NCBI GenBank assembly: GCA_041694815.1
Contig: JBGFSC010000040.1
Coordinates: forward strand, 1-27,976
Direction: 5' to 3'
Length of the DNA: 27,976 nt
Origin: Elusimicrobiota bacterium
Lineage (GTDB): Bacteria; Elusimicrobiota; Elusimicrobia; UBA1565; JACRDR01
How positions within the stretch are numbered: position 1 is the stretch's first letter; the number at the start of each line of letters is the position of its first letter. Below, in pieces: positions 1-8,936 of the stretch. Both the position numbers and the translations under genes were made by a program. The notes beneath the pieces were generated by a model. It was not told the DNA's origin. It saw only the letters and a program-made list of their open reading frames with translations, and did not search any database.

Positions 1-26
1 CCGAACAACGTGTTATAATGGGACAT
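1..26 (-). CDS. N-terminus of IS4-family transposase (DUF4372-type), partial
   Basis: ATG at 26 reads MSHYNTLFG..., like the M(S/A)HxNT(V/L)FxQL start of DUF4372 transposases; preceded by GGAGG. Confidence 0.7.
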
Positions 27-114
27 AAGAATCCTCCGTCGGTAAGATGGTTCCTGAACAAAACCATTCTACCAATCAGACGGGGGATTCTCTATTTTTC
101 TTGGGACACTACTG
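1..114 (-). mobile_element. Left end of an IS4-family insertion sequence (truncated by window start)
   Basis: Minus-strand terminus CAGTAGTGTCCCAAGAAAA from 114, extended -10 TGGTAGAAT (74-66), SD GGAGG and ATG at 26. Terminus and peptide resemble IS4 elements with DUF4372 transposases (recall, not searched). Confidence 0.75.
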
Positions 115-248
115 CCTTTGGACACTGCGATTCGCATGCCGACCCAATCGTCATCAAGCTTGAAGCACGTTCGGCCGTCTCGCTGGATGACGGGGAGGTT
201 GATCGAGCATTTCCCGCAAGGGCCTCGCTTTATTTATCGAAAGAATCT

Positions 249-1466
249 TCACAACTTAAATCGCTCCTGGGCGGTCTCCGTCACCACGCTCTCCGCCGGC
301 TTCGCCTTGCGGAGTTGTTCCTGCAACTCTTTCAACTCCTGCTTGGAAGGAAAAACTTGCCATATTCTAATACGGGCCCCGCGATCATCAAATCGGTCTC
401 CTCCACGTCTGTGATTCTCGATGGTCACCGCATGGATGCCATCTGGAAGAAATAAAGCCCCTGCACCGCCTTCGAGTATCCTTAACGCATCGCCGGTGAC
501 GGCATCCCAGACGATCGAGGTCCCGTCATCACTCGCGTCGATGATCTTGCTGCCGTCGGGGCTATAGGAGACGCTACGGATCCAAGGGCAACTGCCTGTC
601 TTCATGTATTTTTCCCAATGCCCCTTTAGGTCCAAAAGCAGCAATCCATTACGCGGGTCCCAGACCCGCACATGCCCATCGAGTCCAGCGGTCGCAAGCC
701 GCAAACCGTCTGGGCTAAAAGAAGCCGACATGACAGATTCGTGGGACAGCTTTATTTCTTTTCGGCCAAGACCAAAAAGACCGGATGGAATATTTAGGTA
801 TCGAACGATTACATCGGCGGCATCAGAACCCAAGGTCACCAAAATAGACCCATCCGGACTCATCAAAGCGTATTTCCCCGCATAATAGCCACGTTCCTCA
901 AACCGCATTATTTCTTTCCTCGTTGTTTCGCTCCAAAGTATCGTCTCTCTGTGATTGCCTTTGCCTTCGCGTGTGAACACAATCGACCCATCTTGGTTGA
1001 AGGCCGCAAACTTTATACGGGAACCGAAAATCTGTGGCTCGCCTAACGTGGCGACTTCCGCGCCAGTCGCAACATCCCAGAGAATCGTCTCCCGGGAATT
1101 GCTCGTTAGTATCCTGGAACCATCAGGACTAAAGCTTACCGAACCCATGCTTCCAGTTCCACGCCGAATCTCCAGCAGCGATTTCCCGGTGCTTATATCC
1201 CAGATCGCAAGCACGCCGCTAAGATTATTTCTTTTCAAGGCGCCGCCCGCGATTGCAACCTTACCTCCATCAGGACTCAACGCGACGGCCTCGATAGTTC
1301 GTGGGCCCTCAATCTCGCGGATTAACTCCGGTGAATTTAACGCCTTTATGTCCAGCCAGCCATTATTTTTCGGCATGACAAGTTGATTCAACGCGGTCAC
1401 ATCGAAGAGAAATTCCATCTCCGCGCGGGCTGCGGCGGACAGAAACATCATCAATAAAAGCAGCAT
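249..1466 (-). CDS. Secreted WD40-repeat beta-propeller protein
   Basis: Signal peptide MLLLLMMFLSAAARA; repeated SFSPDG...WD motifs (e.g. SASFSPDGLRLATAGLDGHVRVWD). Confidence 0.92.
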   Translation of the reverse strand: MLLLLMMFLSAAARAEMEFLFDVTALNQLVMPKNNGWLDIKALNSPELIREIEGPRTIEAVALSPDGGKVAIAGGALKRNNLSGVLAIWDISTGKSLLEIRRGTGSMGSVSFSPDGSRILTSNSRETILWDVATGAEVATLGEPQIFGSRIKFAAFNQDGSIVFTREGKGNHRETILWSETTRKEIMRFEERGYYAGKYALMSPDGSILVTLGSDAADVIVRYLNIPSGLFGLGRKEIKLSHESVMSASFSPDGLRLATAGLDGHVRVWDPRNGLLLLDLKGHWEKYMKTGSCPWIRSVSYSPDGSKIIDASDDGTSIVWDAVTGDALRILEGGAGALFLPDGIHAVTIENHRRGGDRFDDRGARIRIWQVFPSKQELKELQEQLRKAKPAESVVTETAQERFKL

Positions 1467-1475
1467 GTTTCCTTA

Positions 1476-1564
1476 AGGATAAGGGAGTACGTGGGCAGCG
1501 CCTGAGGCAAAGGACCTAGATGGAACAGCCGAAAGGCCTATTACTGACTAGGCCTACTCGTCCT
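1476..1564 (-). promoter_or_regulatory. WD40 gene promoter with arrayed TAGGNC-N4-GNCCTA operator copies
   Basis: Minus-strand copies TAGGCCTTTCGGCTGT (1540-1525) and TAGGTCCTTTGCCTCA (1518-1503), extra TAGGCCTA at 1549; -10 TATCCT at 1481-1476. Confidence 0.6.
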
Positions 1565-2699
1565 TGCCGGCCTTAACTCGTGGAGGCTTTCCGGCGGCGA
1601 GCCAATTAAGATATTCCTGGATGAAGGGATCGAGGTCTCCGTCCATGACGGCCTGGATCTGGGAGGTGTCGTAGCCAGTGCGCAGGTCCTTGACCATCTG
1701 GTAGGGCATGAAGACGTAGCTGCGGATCTGATGCCCCCAGGCGATGTCGCCCTTCTCGTCGTAGTGCTTCTCCAAGGACGAGCGTTTCTTGTCGAGCTCG
1801 ATCTGGTAAAGCCTGGCCTTGAGCATCTTCATGCAGTTGACGCGGTTCTGCATCTGCGAGCGCTCGGTCTGGCAGCTGACGATGATGCCGGTCGGGATGT
1901 GAGTAATGCGCACCGCCGTCTCCACCTTGTTGACGTTCTGCCCACCGGCCCCGCCCGAGCGGAAGGTGTCGAGCTTGATCTCGGAATCGGAGACCTGGAT
2001 GTCAATATTCTCCTCGATGTCGGGCAGCACGTCGCAGGAGGCGAAGGAGGTGTGCCGCCGCTTGTTCGCGTCGAAGGGCGAAATGCGCACGAGACGGTGC
2101 ACGCCGACCTCGCCCTTCAGGTAGCCGTACGCGTAGCTTCCGCGCACGAAGGCGGTGACGCTCTTGACCCCCGCCTCCTCGCCCTTGAGTATGTCGGTGA
2201 TGACGAACTGGAAACCCTTTCGCTCGGCCCAGCGCATGTACATGCGCAGCAGCATGTCGGCCCAGTCGCAAGCCTCGGTGCCTCCGGCTCCGGCGTGCAG
2301 GCTGAAAATGGCGTCGAGGTTGTCGAACTCGCCGGAGAGCTTAAGCCTCGTGTCCATGTCGGCGACCGTCTTCTCGAGATCGGCGAGTGAAGCGGAAATT
2401 TCAGCCAGCTCCCCAGCGTCCTGGATCTCAACCGCCAGCTGCAGATGGGCTCCGATATCCTCGCGGCCACGTTCGGCCCGGTCGAACTCGGCGATTAGCT
2501 TCTTGAGATCATTGAGCTCCTTCGACTTCTTCTTCGCCTTGGCCGAATCCGCCCAGAAGGAGGGATGCGCGGCCTCCGTTTCGCGCGAGAGAACCTCGCG
2601 GCGCTTGAGCGGAAGATCGACGAGCTTGGCCATGCGCTCGAGCGCACCCCGGCATCGCTCCAGCCGTTCCTCCGCCTCTTTAAACGTGGGTTCCGCCAC
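1554..2699 (-). CDS. prfB: Peptide chain release factor 2 (continuous ORF, no frameshift)
   Basis: SPF anticodon motif (RISPFD), GGQ motif, [20 protein letters not shown] start with GGAGG. Confidence 0.97.
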   Translation of the reverse strand: MAEPTFKEAEERLERCRGALERMAKLVDLPLKRREVLSRETEAAHPSFWADSAKAKKKSKELNDLKKLIAEFDRAERGREDIGAHLQLAVEIQDAGELAEISASLADLEKTVADMDTRLKLSGEFDNLDAIFSLHAGAGGTEACDWADMLLRMYMRWAERKGFQFVITDILKGEEAGVKSVTAFVRGSYAYGYLKGEVGVHRLVRISPFDANKRRHTSFASCDVLPDIEENIDIQVSDSEIKLDTFRSGGAGGQNVNKVETAVRITHIPTGIIVSCQTERSQMQNRVNCMKMLKARLYQIELDKKRSSLEKHYDEKGDIAWGHQIRSYVFMPYQMVKDLRTGYDTSQIQAVMDGDLDPFIQEYLNWLAAGKPPRVKAGKDE

Positions 2700-3606
2700 C
2701 GATCCTCCAAGTCTCCGCCAGCCTCAGGGCGACCTTCGCCGTCTGCGCGTGCAGCGCCGCGGTCTCTTCCATGCTCGAAGCGTAGCCGCCGCCCAAGGTC
2801 AGGACAATGGGAATGGAGCGCGAAAAACAGCCTTCGAACACGGCCTCGTCGCGCCGCGCGATGCCATCGGCGCTCAACTCGAGCTCCCCGAGCATATCCC
2901 CCGCGTAGACGTCCACGCCGGCCTGATAGACCACCAATTGGGGACGATGCGAGTCCAGCGCGGCGGGGAGCTGCTCTAACAATATTTTAAGATATTTGGC
3001 GTCGCCCGTGCCCGCCTCCAGGCCGATATCGAGGCTGCCCGGAGGCTTGCTGAGAGGATAGAGATTCTCCTGATGCATCGAAAAAGTGAAGACGGCCGGC
3101 TCCTCGGCGAAGATCGAGGCGGTGCCGTTGCCTTGATGCACGTCAAGGTCCACGACCATGGCCCGTTCGATGCGGCGCTCCTTGAGCATCTGGCGGACGC
3201 CGCAGGCGATATCGTTGAACACGCAAAAGCCCTCGCCGTGATCGGCGAAGGCGTGATGCGACCCTCCCCCGAAATGCAGCCCTAGCCCCTGCTCGAGCGC
3301 CAGGCGGCAGGCGAGCAGGGTCCCCGAGACCGAAAGGGCGTGAGCCTCGGCCACCTCCTTCGAGCAGGGCAACTCCAGCAAGGTCTCTTCCTCAAGGGTG
3401 AGCCGTCCGGAAAGGGCACGATCGACCCAATCGGCGGTATGCACCAGCAGCAGCTGCTCGCGCGCCGGCGGTCGGGGCTCGACGCCGTCCTCCGGGCTCA
3501 ACAAGCCTTCGCCCAAGAGCAGGCGCGCGGCCGCCTCGAATTTCCTTGTCGGAAAAGCGTGATCACCGATATCGATGCTGTATTTAGGAGAGAAAACGAA
3601 ACGCAT
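2680..3606 (-). CDS. Histone deacetylase family (Zn-dependent) deacetylase
   Basis: [24 protein letters not shown] and GGGY motifs. Confidence 0.93.
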   Translation of the reverse strand: MRFVFSPKYSIDIGDHAFPTRKFEAAARLLLGEGLLSPEDGVEPRPPAREQLLLVHTADWVDRALSGRLTLEEETLLELPCSKEVAEAHALSVSGTLLACRLALEQGLGLHFGGGSHHAFADHGEGFCVFNDIACGVRQMLKERRIERAMVVDLDVHQGNGTASIFAEEPAVFTFSMHQENLYPLSKPPGSLDIGLEAGTGDAKYLKILLEQLPAALDSHRPQLVVYQAGVDVYAGDMLGELELSADGIARRDEAVFEGCFSRSIPIVLTLGGGYASSMEETAALHAQTAKVALRLAETWRIGGGTHV

Positions 3607-3612
3607 GGCCCG

Positions 3613-4407
3613 TCAGTTCTCGAGCCGGAAGTAGATGGCTTGGCGGACGGTGACCTTCGTCGGGACCGAGGCCTTGAGCGCCGGCTCGAAGCGCATCAAT
3701 TTGGCGACCGAGCGCGCGGCGGCGTCGAAGGAACTCCCGGCCGACTGGAGTATCTCGACGGCGCCGACGATTCCGTCCTCGCGTATCTCGACGCCGACGA
3801 TCACCTGCGCCTCGCGGCCGGCCCGGCGCTCTAAGTCTGGATAAAAGCGCCGGAGATTGGCGCGCACCTCCTCGCGGTTGATGAGCCGTGGCGGCCTATT
3901 GACGATAGCCTCCCCGGTCCCGGGTCCGCCGCCGGAGCCGCCGCGCCCGAACTGTCCGCCGGGGCCGCTGCCGTCCGGCGCCGTGAAGGCAGGAGGCGGA
4001 GCCGGGGCGCCACCACCTTCCAAGGTCGGCTGCTCGAGTTTCTTGGTTTCCGGCGTGGGGAGCACCCATTCTTTGGGTTTTTCCGAAGGAGTTCCTTCCT
4101 GGGCCGAGACGTTGGGAGCCGGGGGCTTGGGCTCCGGCGCGGGGGGCGCCAGGACGGGGGCCTTTTTCGCCGACTCGGGAGCGGGGGCGCCCGGCACGGT
4201 GCCGGGCAGCCTGGTGTCCCAGGGCGCGCGGGGCCGAAACGGCGTGCGGATATCGACTTCGATCGGCTCCTCGAGCAGGCGGCTTGGGTGTCCCTGCCAG
4301 GAAAGCGCGGCCCAAATCAAGGCGTGGGCGCCGAACGACGCCGCGAAGGACGCCTCGAAAAGCGAGAGCTTGCGCCCGCGCAGAGCCGGGGATTTTAGGG
4401 AAATCAT
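3613..4407 (-). CDS. tonB: Energy transducer TonB family protein
   Basis: N-terminal TM with SFGAH (S-x3-H), Pro/Gly-rich linker, C-terminal YP...VEILQSAG...FEPA domain. Confidence 0.88.
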   Translation of the reverse strand: MISLKSPALRGRKLSLFEASFAASFGAHALIWAALSWQGHPSRLLEEPIEVDIRTPFRPRAPWDTRLPGTVPGAPAPESAKKAPVLAPPAPEPKPPAPNVSAQEGTPSEKPKEWVLPTPETKKLEQPTLEGGGAPAPPPAFTAPDGSGPGGQFGRGGSGGGPGTGEAIVNRPPRLINREEVRANLRRFYPDLERRAGREAQVIVGVEIREDGIVGAVEILQSAGSSFDAAARSVAKLMRFEPALKASVPTKVTVRQAIYFRLEN

Positions 4408-4805
4408 TTCCGCCGTACTTCGAGCCCGATCCGCTTGACGCCGCTGGTCTTGATCAAGTCCAACAGGGAGATCACCTCCCCGTAGGGAATAGCCTCATCG
4501 GCGGCCACGGCCACGTGCGCCGCCGGCTGCAGCTCCACGACGCGCGCGAGCTCCCGAGCTAAGTCCGGCTCGCTCAGTCGCCGGCCGTCCAAGCGCAGTT
4601 GCCGCTGGGCGTTGAACTCCAGGCGCATCGTCTGCGTCGCCACCCGTTCGGACTTCGCCGCCTTGGGCAGGCTGACGTTCATGGCCTTCCGCTGCATGAG
4701 CGGCGCGCTCGCCATGAAGATGATGAGCAGCACCAGGACGATGTCAACGAGCGGCGTGACATTGATGCCGGTGATCGTCTCGGAATCATTGGGTGAGACG
4801 TGCAT
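4404..4805 (-). CDS. exbD: Biopolymer transport protein ExbD/TolR
   Basis: INVTPLVDIVLVLLIIFM; AADEAIPYGEVI. Confidence 0.93.
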   Translation of the reverse strand: MHVSPNDSETITGINVTPLVDIVLVLLIIFMASAPLMQRKAMNVSLPKAAKSERVATQTMRLEFNAQRQLRLDGRRLSEPDLARELARVVELQPAAHVAVAADEAIPYGEVISLLDLIKTSGVKRIGLEVRRK

Positions 4806-4808
4806 CGG

Positions 4809-5429
4809 CTATTTCGCTCGGACTTTAAGCCGCGCGAGCAGGAGTCGGTTCATCGATTCGGCTCCCGCGAAGAGATCTTTTACCCGCTTCTGAAAATAGT
4901 TATAGGCCATGACGCAGGGAATGGCGACGAAAAGTCCCACCGCAGTGGCAATGAGAGCCTGCGAGAGGCCCTGCATCACCGCCTCGGGGCCCGCGTCGCT
5001 ATTTTGGGCCAGATCGTGGAAGGCCTTGATTACGCCCAGAACCGTCCCAAATAGTCCGATAAACGGAGCGTTGTTGCCCAAGGTTCCGAGGATCAAAAGC
5101 CTCAGCTCTACCGCCTGCCGGCCGGCCAGCCCCTCGGCGGCCATGTGTTCCTCGACCGCTGAAACCCCGTTGCCCGCCTGAGCCAGCCCCGCGCGAAGCA
5201 TTTGGCTAGCCACGCCGGGAACGTGAGCAGCCTCCTTGGCCACGTTGGCGAGATCATCGTCGGCGAGACGAGCGGCGACGCGCTGCCTTAAATCCTCCAG
5301 CCAGCGCAATTCGCGCAGCAGGACCGTGGCGCGCTCGATGATGATGGCTCCCGCGAGCACCGACCCCAGCAGCAGCAGATAGATGACCCAGTCTCCGCCC
5401 GACAACGCCAAGGAATTAAGCGCGCTCAC
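4809..5429 (-). CDS. exbB: MotA/TolQ/ExbB proton channel protein
   Basis: APFIGLFGTVLGVIKAF; GLSQALIATAVGLFVAIP. Confidence 0.93.
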   Translation of the reverse strand: MSALNSLALSGGDWVIYLLLLGSVLAGAIIIERATVLLRELRWLEDLRQRVAARLADDDLANVAKEAAHVPGVASQMLRAGLAQAGNGVSAVEEHMAAEGLAGRQAVELRLLILGTLGNNAPFIGLFGTVLGVIKAFHDLAQNSDAGPEAVMQGLSQALIATAVGLFVAIPCVMAYNYFQKRVKDLFAGAESMNRLLLARLKVRAK

Positions 5430-7006
5430 TTTGTCTTCCCCCCTTTGCCCGCAGCATAGAGGCGCAGCAAGGCCGCGCAGAATTCGGCCCGCACGAAGTT
5501 ATTGCGCTCCTGCGGAAGATTCATGAGCAGGCGTGGGAAATCATCCGCCGTGCCGAACTCGCCGAGATAACGGATCGCCAGGGCGCGCACCAGCCAGTCG
5601 AAATGGATCCAATGGCGTATGAGAATGTCCCGCCCGGCGGGGTCCCCCATCCGCAGCTGGAGAGAGGCCGCGTACACCTGTAGCGCGGGCGAGAGGTCCA
5701 TCCGCGCCACGCTGCCGATATCGCCGAGAGCCTCGGGTTGTCCCCAGGCGTAGAGCGCCTCCACGGCGCCCCATCGGACGGTGATGTCCTGGCTCAGGAG
5801 AGCCTCCTGAAATACCCCGCGATCCTGCGGCTTCTTGTCGTAGGCGATGGCCATCATCGCCGCCGCGCGAACCTGCGGATTGGTCCCCGAGCGCGCCACC
5901 TTGAGTATGCGCTCACGCAGCAGCAGATCGCTGGTGCCGGCCAAGCCTTCGGTCAGCAGGAAGCCGAGCTCGGTATAACGAGTCTTAAGCTGGAAACCTC
6001 GGGGAGAGCTCAAGGCGTTGAGGGCCTTGATTGAAGGGTCATCGAGCTGCTCCACGGTGGGGCGCGCCTCGGCCTTATTCTCCAGCAGGCGCATGAGGTT
6101 GATATTGATGCGTCCGTCGATGAGCGCGGTGGCCGGGATCTTAAGGCGCGGCGCCGTAACGACGAGAGGCTCGAGCTCGTATTCGTTCGCCGCGGCGCCG
6201 GGCGCGGGGGCTCTTGGCGGCGGGGCTCCCGGCACCGGCTGGTACTTGGGGAACAATTTGAGCCCCGCGATCGCCATCTCGGCGATCACGAAATCGTTGG
6301 TCTGCTCGCGCGACATGCGGTCGAGCATGAGCGTGTAATCGCGGCCCTGGCCCAGCTCTCCCAGATAGCGGGCCGCCATGGCCCGCGCGATCCAATCGCC
6401 GCTGTCGAGCTCCTTGAGCAGGAATTCGCGGCCCTTGGGGTCGCCGCGCCTCAAGAGGGCCTGCGCGGCGTAGATGCGCACCACCGGCGAGAGGTCCTGC
6501 CGGGCGACACGCTCGAACTCGGCCTTGGCTTCGGGCGGTCCCCAATTCTCCAGACCCTCCAAGGCGGCAAAGCGTATGCCCGGGTCTATGTTGATCAGGG
6601 CTTCCTGGTAATATTTGAAGTATTTCGGCTCCTTGCGGGCCGCCACCGCGATCAGGGCGACGGCGCGTATCTCGGGATTGCGCTCCCAGCGGGCCTGTTC
6701 GATCATCTGGGCCTTCAGGCGCGGGTCCTGGGCAACGGCCAGGCCCTCCGAAAGGGAGGCCCCAAGATGGGTATAACGGGTGCGCAGCTGGTATCCCGAG
6801 GGGGTGCCGAGCTCGATGATGTCCTTGAGCGCCGTTTCCGTGAAGTCCGAGCTGGCGGGTTTGGTGTTATCCTTGACGTTTAGGAGGTCCAACAAAGCCG
6901 AGACAATCTGCGGGTCGTACTCCATGCTGGGCCCCGATTGGACCCCGGTCTGGGCGCGCACATGGCAGGCGGTGGCGAGCAGGCAGGACAGGAGAATGGG
7001 ACGCAT
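5426..7006 (-). CDS. Exported HEAT-repeat protein made of two duplicated halves
   Basis: Signal peptide MRPILLSCLLATACHVRA; HEAT-like repeats (IRAVALIA, VRWGAVEAL). Start moved to 7006 because -10 TACAAT (7023-7018) is too close to ATG 7015. Confidence 0.85.
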   Translation of the reverse strand: MRPILLSCLLATACHVRAQTGVQSGPSMEYDPQIVSALLDLLNVKDNTKPASSDFTETALKDIIELGTPSGYQLRTRYTHLGASLSEGLAVAQDPRLKAQMIEQARWERNPEIRAVALIAVAARKEPKYFKYYQEALINIDPGIRFAALEGLENWGPPEAKAEFERVARQDLSPVVRIYAAQALLRRGDPKGREFLLKELDSGDWIARAMAARYLGELGQGRDYTLMLDRMSREQTNDFVIAEMAIAGLKLFPKYQPVPGAPPPRAPAPGAAANEYELEPLVVTAPRLKIPATALIDGRININLMRLLENKAEARPTVEQLDDPSIKALNALSSPRGFQLKTRYTELGFLLTEGLAGTSDLLLRERILKVARSGTNPQVRAAAMMAIAYDKKPQDRGVFQEALLSQDITVRWGAVEALYAWGQPEALGDIGSVARMDLSPALQVYAASLQLRMGDPAGRDILIRHWIHFDWLVRALAIRYLGEFGTADDFPRLLMNLPQERNNFVRAEFCAALLRLYAAGKGGKTK

Positions 7007-7030
7007 GATTTCCATTCATTGTACAAAATA

Positions 7031-7143
7031 TGGGTCTTTAGGCCCAAAAGGATAGGACTTTCGGGTAATCTCCCTTAGGCCTAATGCCTTCTATCGGATT
7101 GGGCCCTTCGCTTCTTTTTCTGCGCCGCCATAACGGCTATATT
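7031..7143. promoter_or_regulatory. Divergent promoter region with four operator copies
   Basis: TGGGTCTTTAGGCCCA (7031), TAGGACTTTCGGGTAA (7053), TAGGCCTAATGCCTTC (7076), TGGGCCCTTCGCTTCT (7100); plus-strand -10 TATATT at 7138. Confidence 0.6.
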
Positions 7144-7176
7144 GACGCTCGCAAGGTTACTGCTAAAGGAGAATTA

Positions 7177-7554
7177 ATGAAAAGTTACCTGTTCGCTGTA
7201 GCCATCGTGACTTTTGCCGGTTCTGCCTTCGCGAGTGGAAGCGATGAGTTCGAGCGACTGCTGCGGGAGAAGCTCGAGCGCGTCAAGGAATTGAACGAGC
7301 ATGGTCCGGCAGACCAACTCAAAGAAATCCGCCGCTTCCAGGAGCGCTATGGCCATAGCATCGCTAAGGTAAAAAGCGTCAACGGGGGAATTGGTATCAC
7401 GAAGCGCCAGGGGCGTTGGGCCATTAAGATCAACATTGACGGTAGCCGCGATATCGAGGAAGTCCGCGCCGAGCTGTTGGAGAAGTTCCCCGCCCTCGCT
7501 GATACGCCCCACATCCTCGAAGTGGTTGGTCGCATAAAGGCCCGAGGAATATAG
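7177..7554 (+). CDS. Small secreted hypothetical protein
   Basis: SD AAAGGAG before ATG 7177; signal peptide MKSYLFAVAIVTFAGSAFA. Confidence 0.8.
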   Translation: MKSYLFAVAIVTFAGSAFASGSDEFERLLREKLERVKELNEHGPADQLKEIRRFQERYGHSIAKVKSVNGGIGITKRQGRWAIKINIDGSRDIEEVRAELLEKFPALADTPHILEVVGRIKARGI

Positions 7555-7590
7555 ACGCCCCAGAACGACTATTCCCGAAAGGAGAGTCCT

Positions 7591-8028
7591 ATGACTAAAA
7601 TCGTCCTTACGCTGGCAGCCGTTGCAATATCTTTTCTGAGCTCAGCCGTCGCCGCTGATTATGTCCCAAAAAACGCCTTTGAAAAAGAGGTCTTGAGCCG
7701 CGACTTGGATCCGGCGGCGCGCGCAACGCTCGAATTGTTGTTCCTAATCCGGGGACGAGTTCAGGACCCGAAGATCTTCGAGATTAGGGGAATCCCGATT
7801 TTGTCCGCCGTGCCCTGGATCACAAGGGATCATCCGACGCCGATCACGATAAATGTCATGATTCCTGATCGGGAGGAATCGCTGCAAGCCGTCCGCGGTA
7901 TTCTAAGGGACTTGAAAGAATACGGCGTTATCGAAGCGGATGAGGCGGTTAAAAAACAGACGTACGCTACGGCTGAGTTTGTCTATAAAGGATACGCAAT
8001 TTACTTTACCAGGGTCACCCTTCATTAA
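7591..8028 (+). CDS. Small secreted hypothetical protein
   Basis: SD AAAGGAG; signal peptide MTKIVLTLAAVAISFLSSAVA. Confidence 0.8.
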   Translation: MTKIVLTLAAVAISFLSSAVAADYVPKNAFEKEVLSRDLDPAARATLELLFLIRGRVQDPKIFEIRGIPILSAVPWITRDHPTPITINVMIPDREESLQAVRGILRDLKEYGVIEADEAVKKQTYATAEFVYKGYAIYFTRVTLH

Positions 8029-8084
8029 CGGCACCGCTTAAGAGCGACGTTGAGCCTCGCTGGGCTCGGATCTCTTGAAGCCCT

Positions 8085-8609
8085 TTATGGACCGCCGACC
8101 GTTTCTTCTACCCTGAGACGGAAAGTCTTCGGATCAACGGCGGGATAACGATAGAGAAAAGGCTCGATACGGTTAAAATGTTCCAGGAGCCTTTGCCGAT
8201 CGATCAGGCCCCGGCGTAGCATCTCGCGAACGTCTTCTAGATCCTGTTGGTGACTACGTTCGATCTTGGCGAGCGCCTGCGCGTAAAGATCGTAATGGTA
8301 GTACGAGATCTTCCCTTCGCGGCCAATGGAGCGGCTCCGTTGCTCCCAACCCTCCAGCGGGGGAATGAACTGATCGGGAGAAGCCAATTCGACGTTAATT
8401 TTTAAGGACTCTTTAAGATGCGGGATCGCGTGCAGCAATGCGTCCTGCTCAGGCACGAATTTCACGTCCACATCGATCGTGCCGTGGCGCCATCCTTCGA
8501 GAACGGCCGTGGCGCCACCGGTAAAATACACGTTCGCTTCCTCGGTCGCTGCCGCGCCTAAAGCCCTCATAAAGCGGCGCAGCCGCTCGGCGTCGGTCAG
8601 CTCGCGCAT
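8085..8609 (-). CDS. DUF6036-like nucleotidyltransferase (putative TA component)
   Basis: VYFTGGATAV...TIDVD (GG...DxD), ALAKIER..QDLED. Confidence 0.8.
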   Translation of the reverse strand: MRELTDAERLRRFMRALGAAATEEANVYFTGGATAVLEGWRHGTIDVDVKFVPEQDALLHAIPHLKESLKINVELASPDQFIPPLEGWEQRSRSIGREGKISYYHYDLYAQALAKIERSHQQDLEDVREMLRRGLIDRQRLLEHFNRIEPFLYRYPAVDPKTFRLRVEETVGGP

Positions 8610-8881
8610 TCCAGACTTCGCTCGAAGCTCACCAGGCGACGAATCAAGGCGTTATAACGCGAATGCGCCGAATCGGGGTCCTCATTACGTAGATGTTCGT
8701 AAAGGCGATGTTCCGCGGAAGGGATCGGTCGGGGAATGATGACTCCGCTGCGGCGCAGTCTGGGTTCGCCAATGGACACAAGCAAGGACTCGACGGTTTC
8801 ACGGCCGGAATCAAGATCCGCCATTCCCTGCGTTACTAAATTGCCCCCCGGCAACCCTCGAAAGTCCAACTTCTTCCCCAT
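8597..8881 (-). CDS. Small partner protein of the nucleotidyltransferase
   Basis: 94 aa from ATG 8881 (MGKKLDFRGLPGG...YNALIRRLVSFERSLE); overlaps the NTase start; TGCTATACT lies 8 nt upstream. Confidence 0.7.
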   Translation of the reverse strand: MGKKLDFRGLPGGNLVTQGMADLDSGRETVESLLVSIGEPRLRRSGVIIPRPIPSAEHRLYEHLRNEDPDSAHSRYNALIRRLVSFERSLECAS

Positions 8882-8936
8882 GATTAAAAAGTATAGCAGG
8901 CGCCTTATAACGCCGCAACGCTCGAATATTCCCGAC

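Noticed and set aside
115..228. Short minus-strand frame (GPCGKCSINLPV...) running into the IS end
   Set aside because: Could be a gene remnant, but it has no proper start and is too short to support.
18..455. Plus-strand ORFs 18-455 and 118-414
   Set aside because: They overlap the IS end and/or lie antisense to the WD40 gene; no recognisable motifs.
1554..2699. Stop-codon reassignment suggested by the atypical prfB
   Set aside because: RF2 has intact SPF and GGQ motifs, and TGA, TAG and TAA all end conserved genes normally.
6965..7006. Lipobox in the HEAT protein (LATAC)
   Set aside because: The -3 residue is non-canonical and an SPase I site (VRA-Q) fits as well; unresolved.
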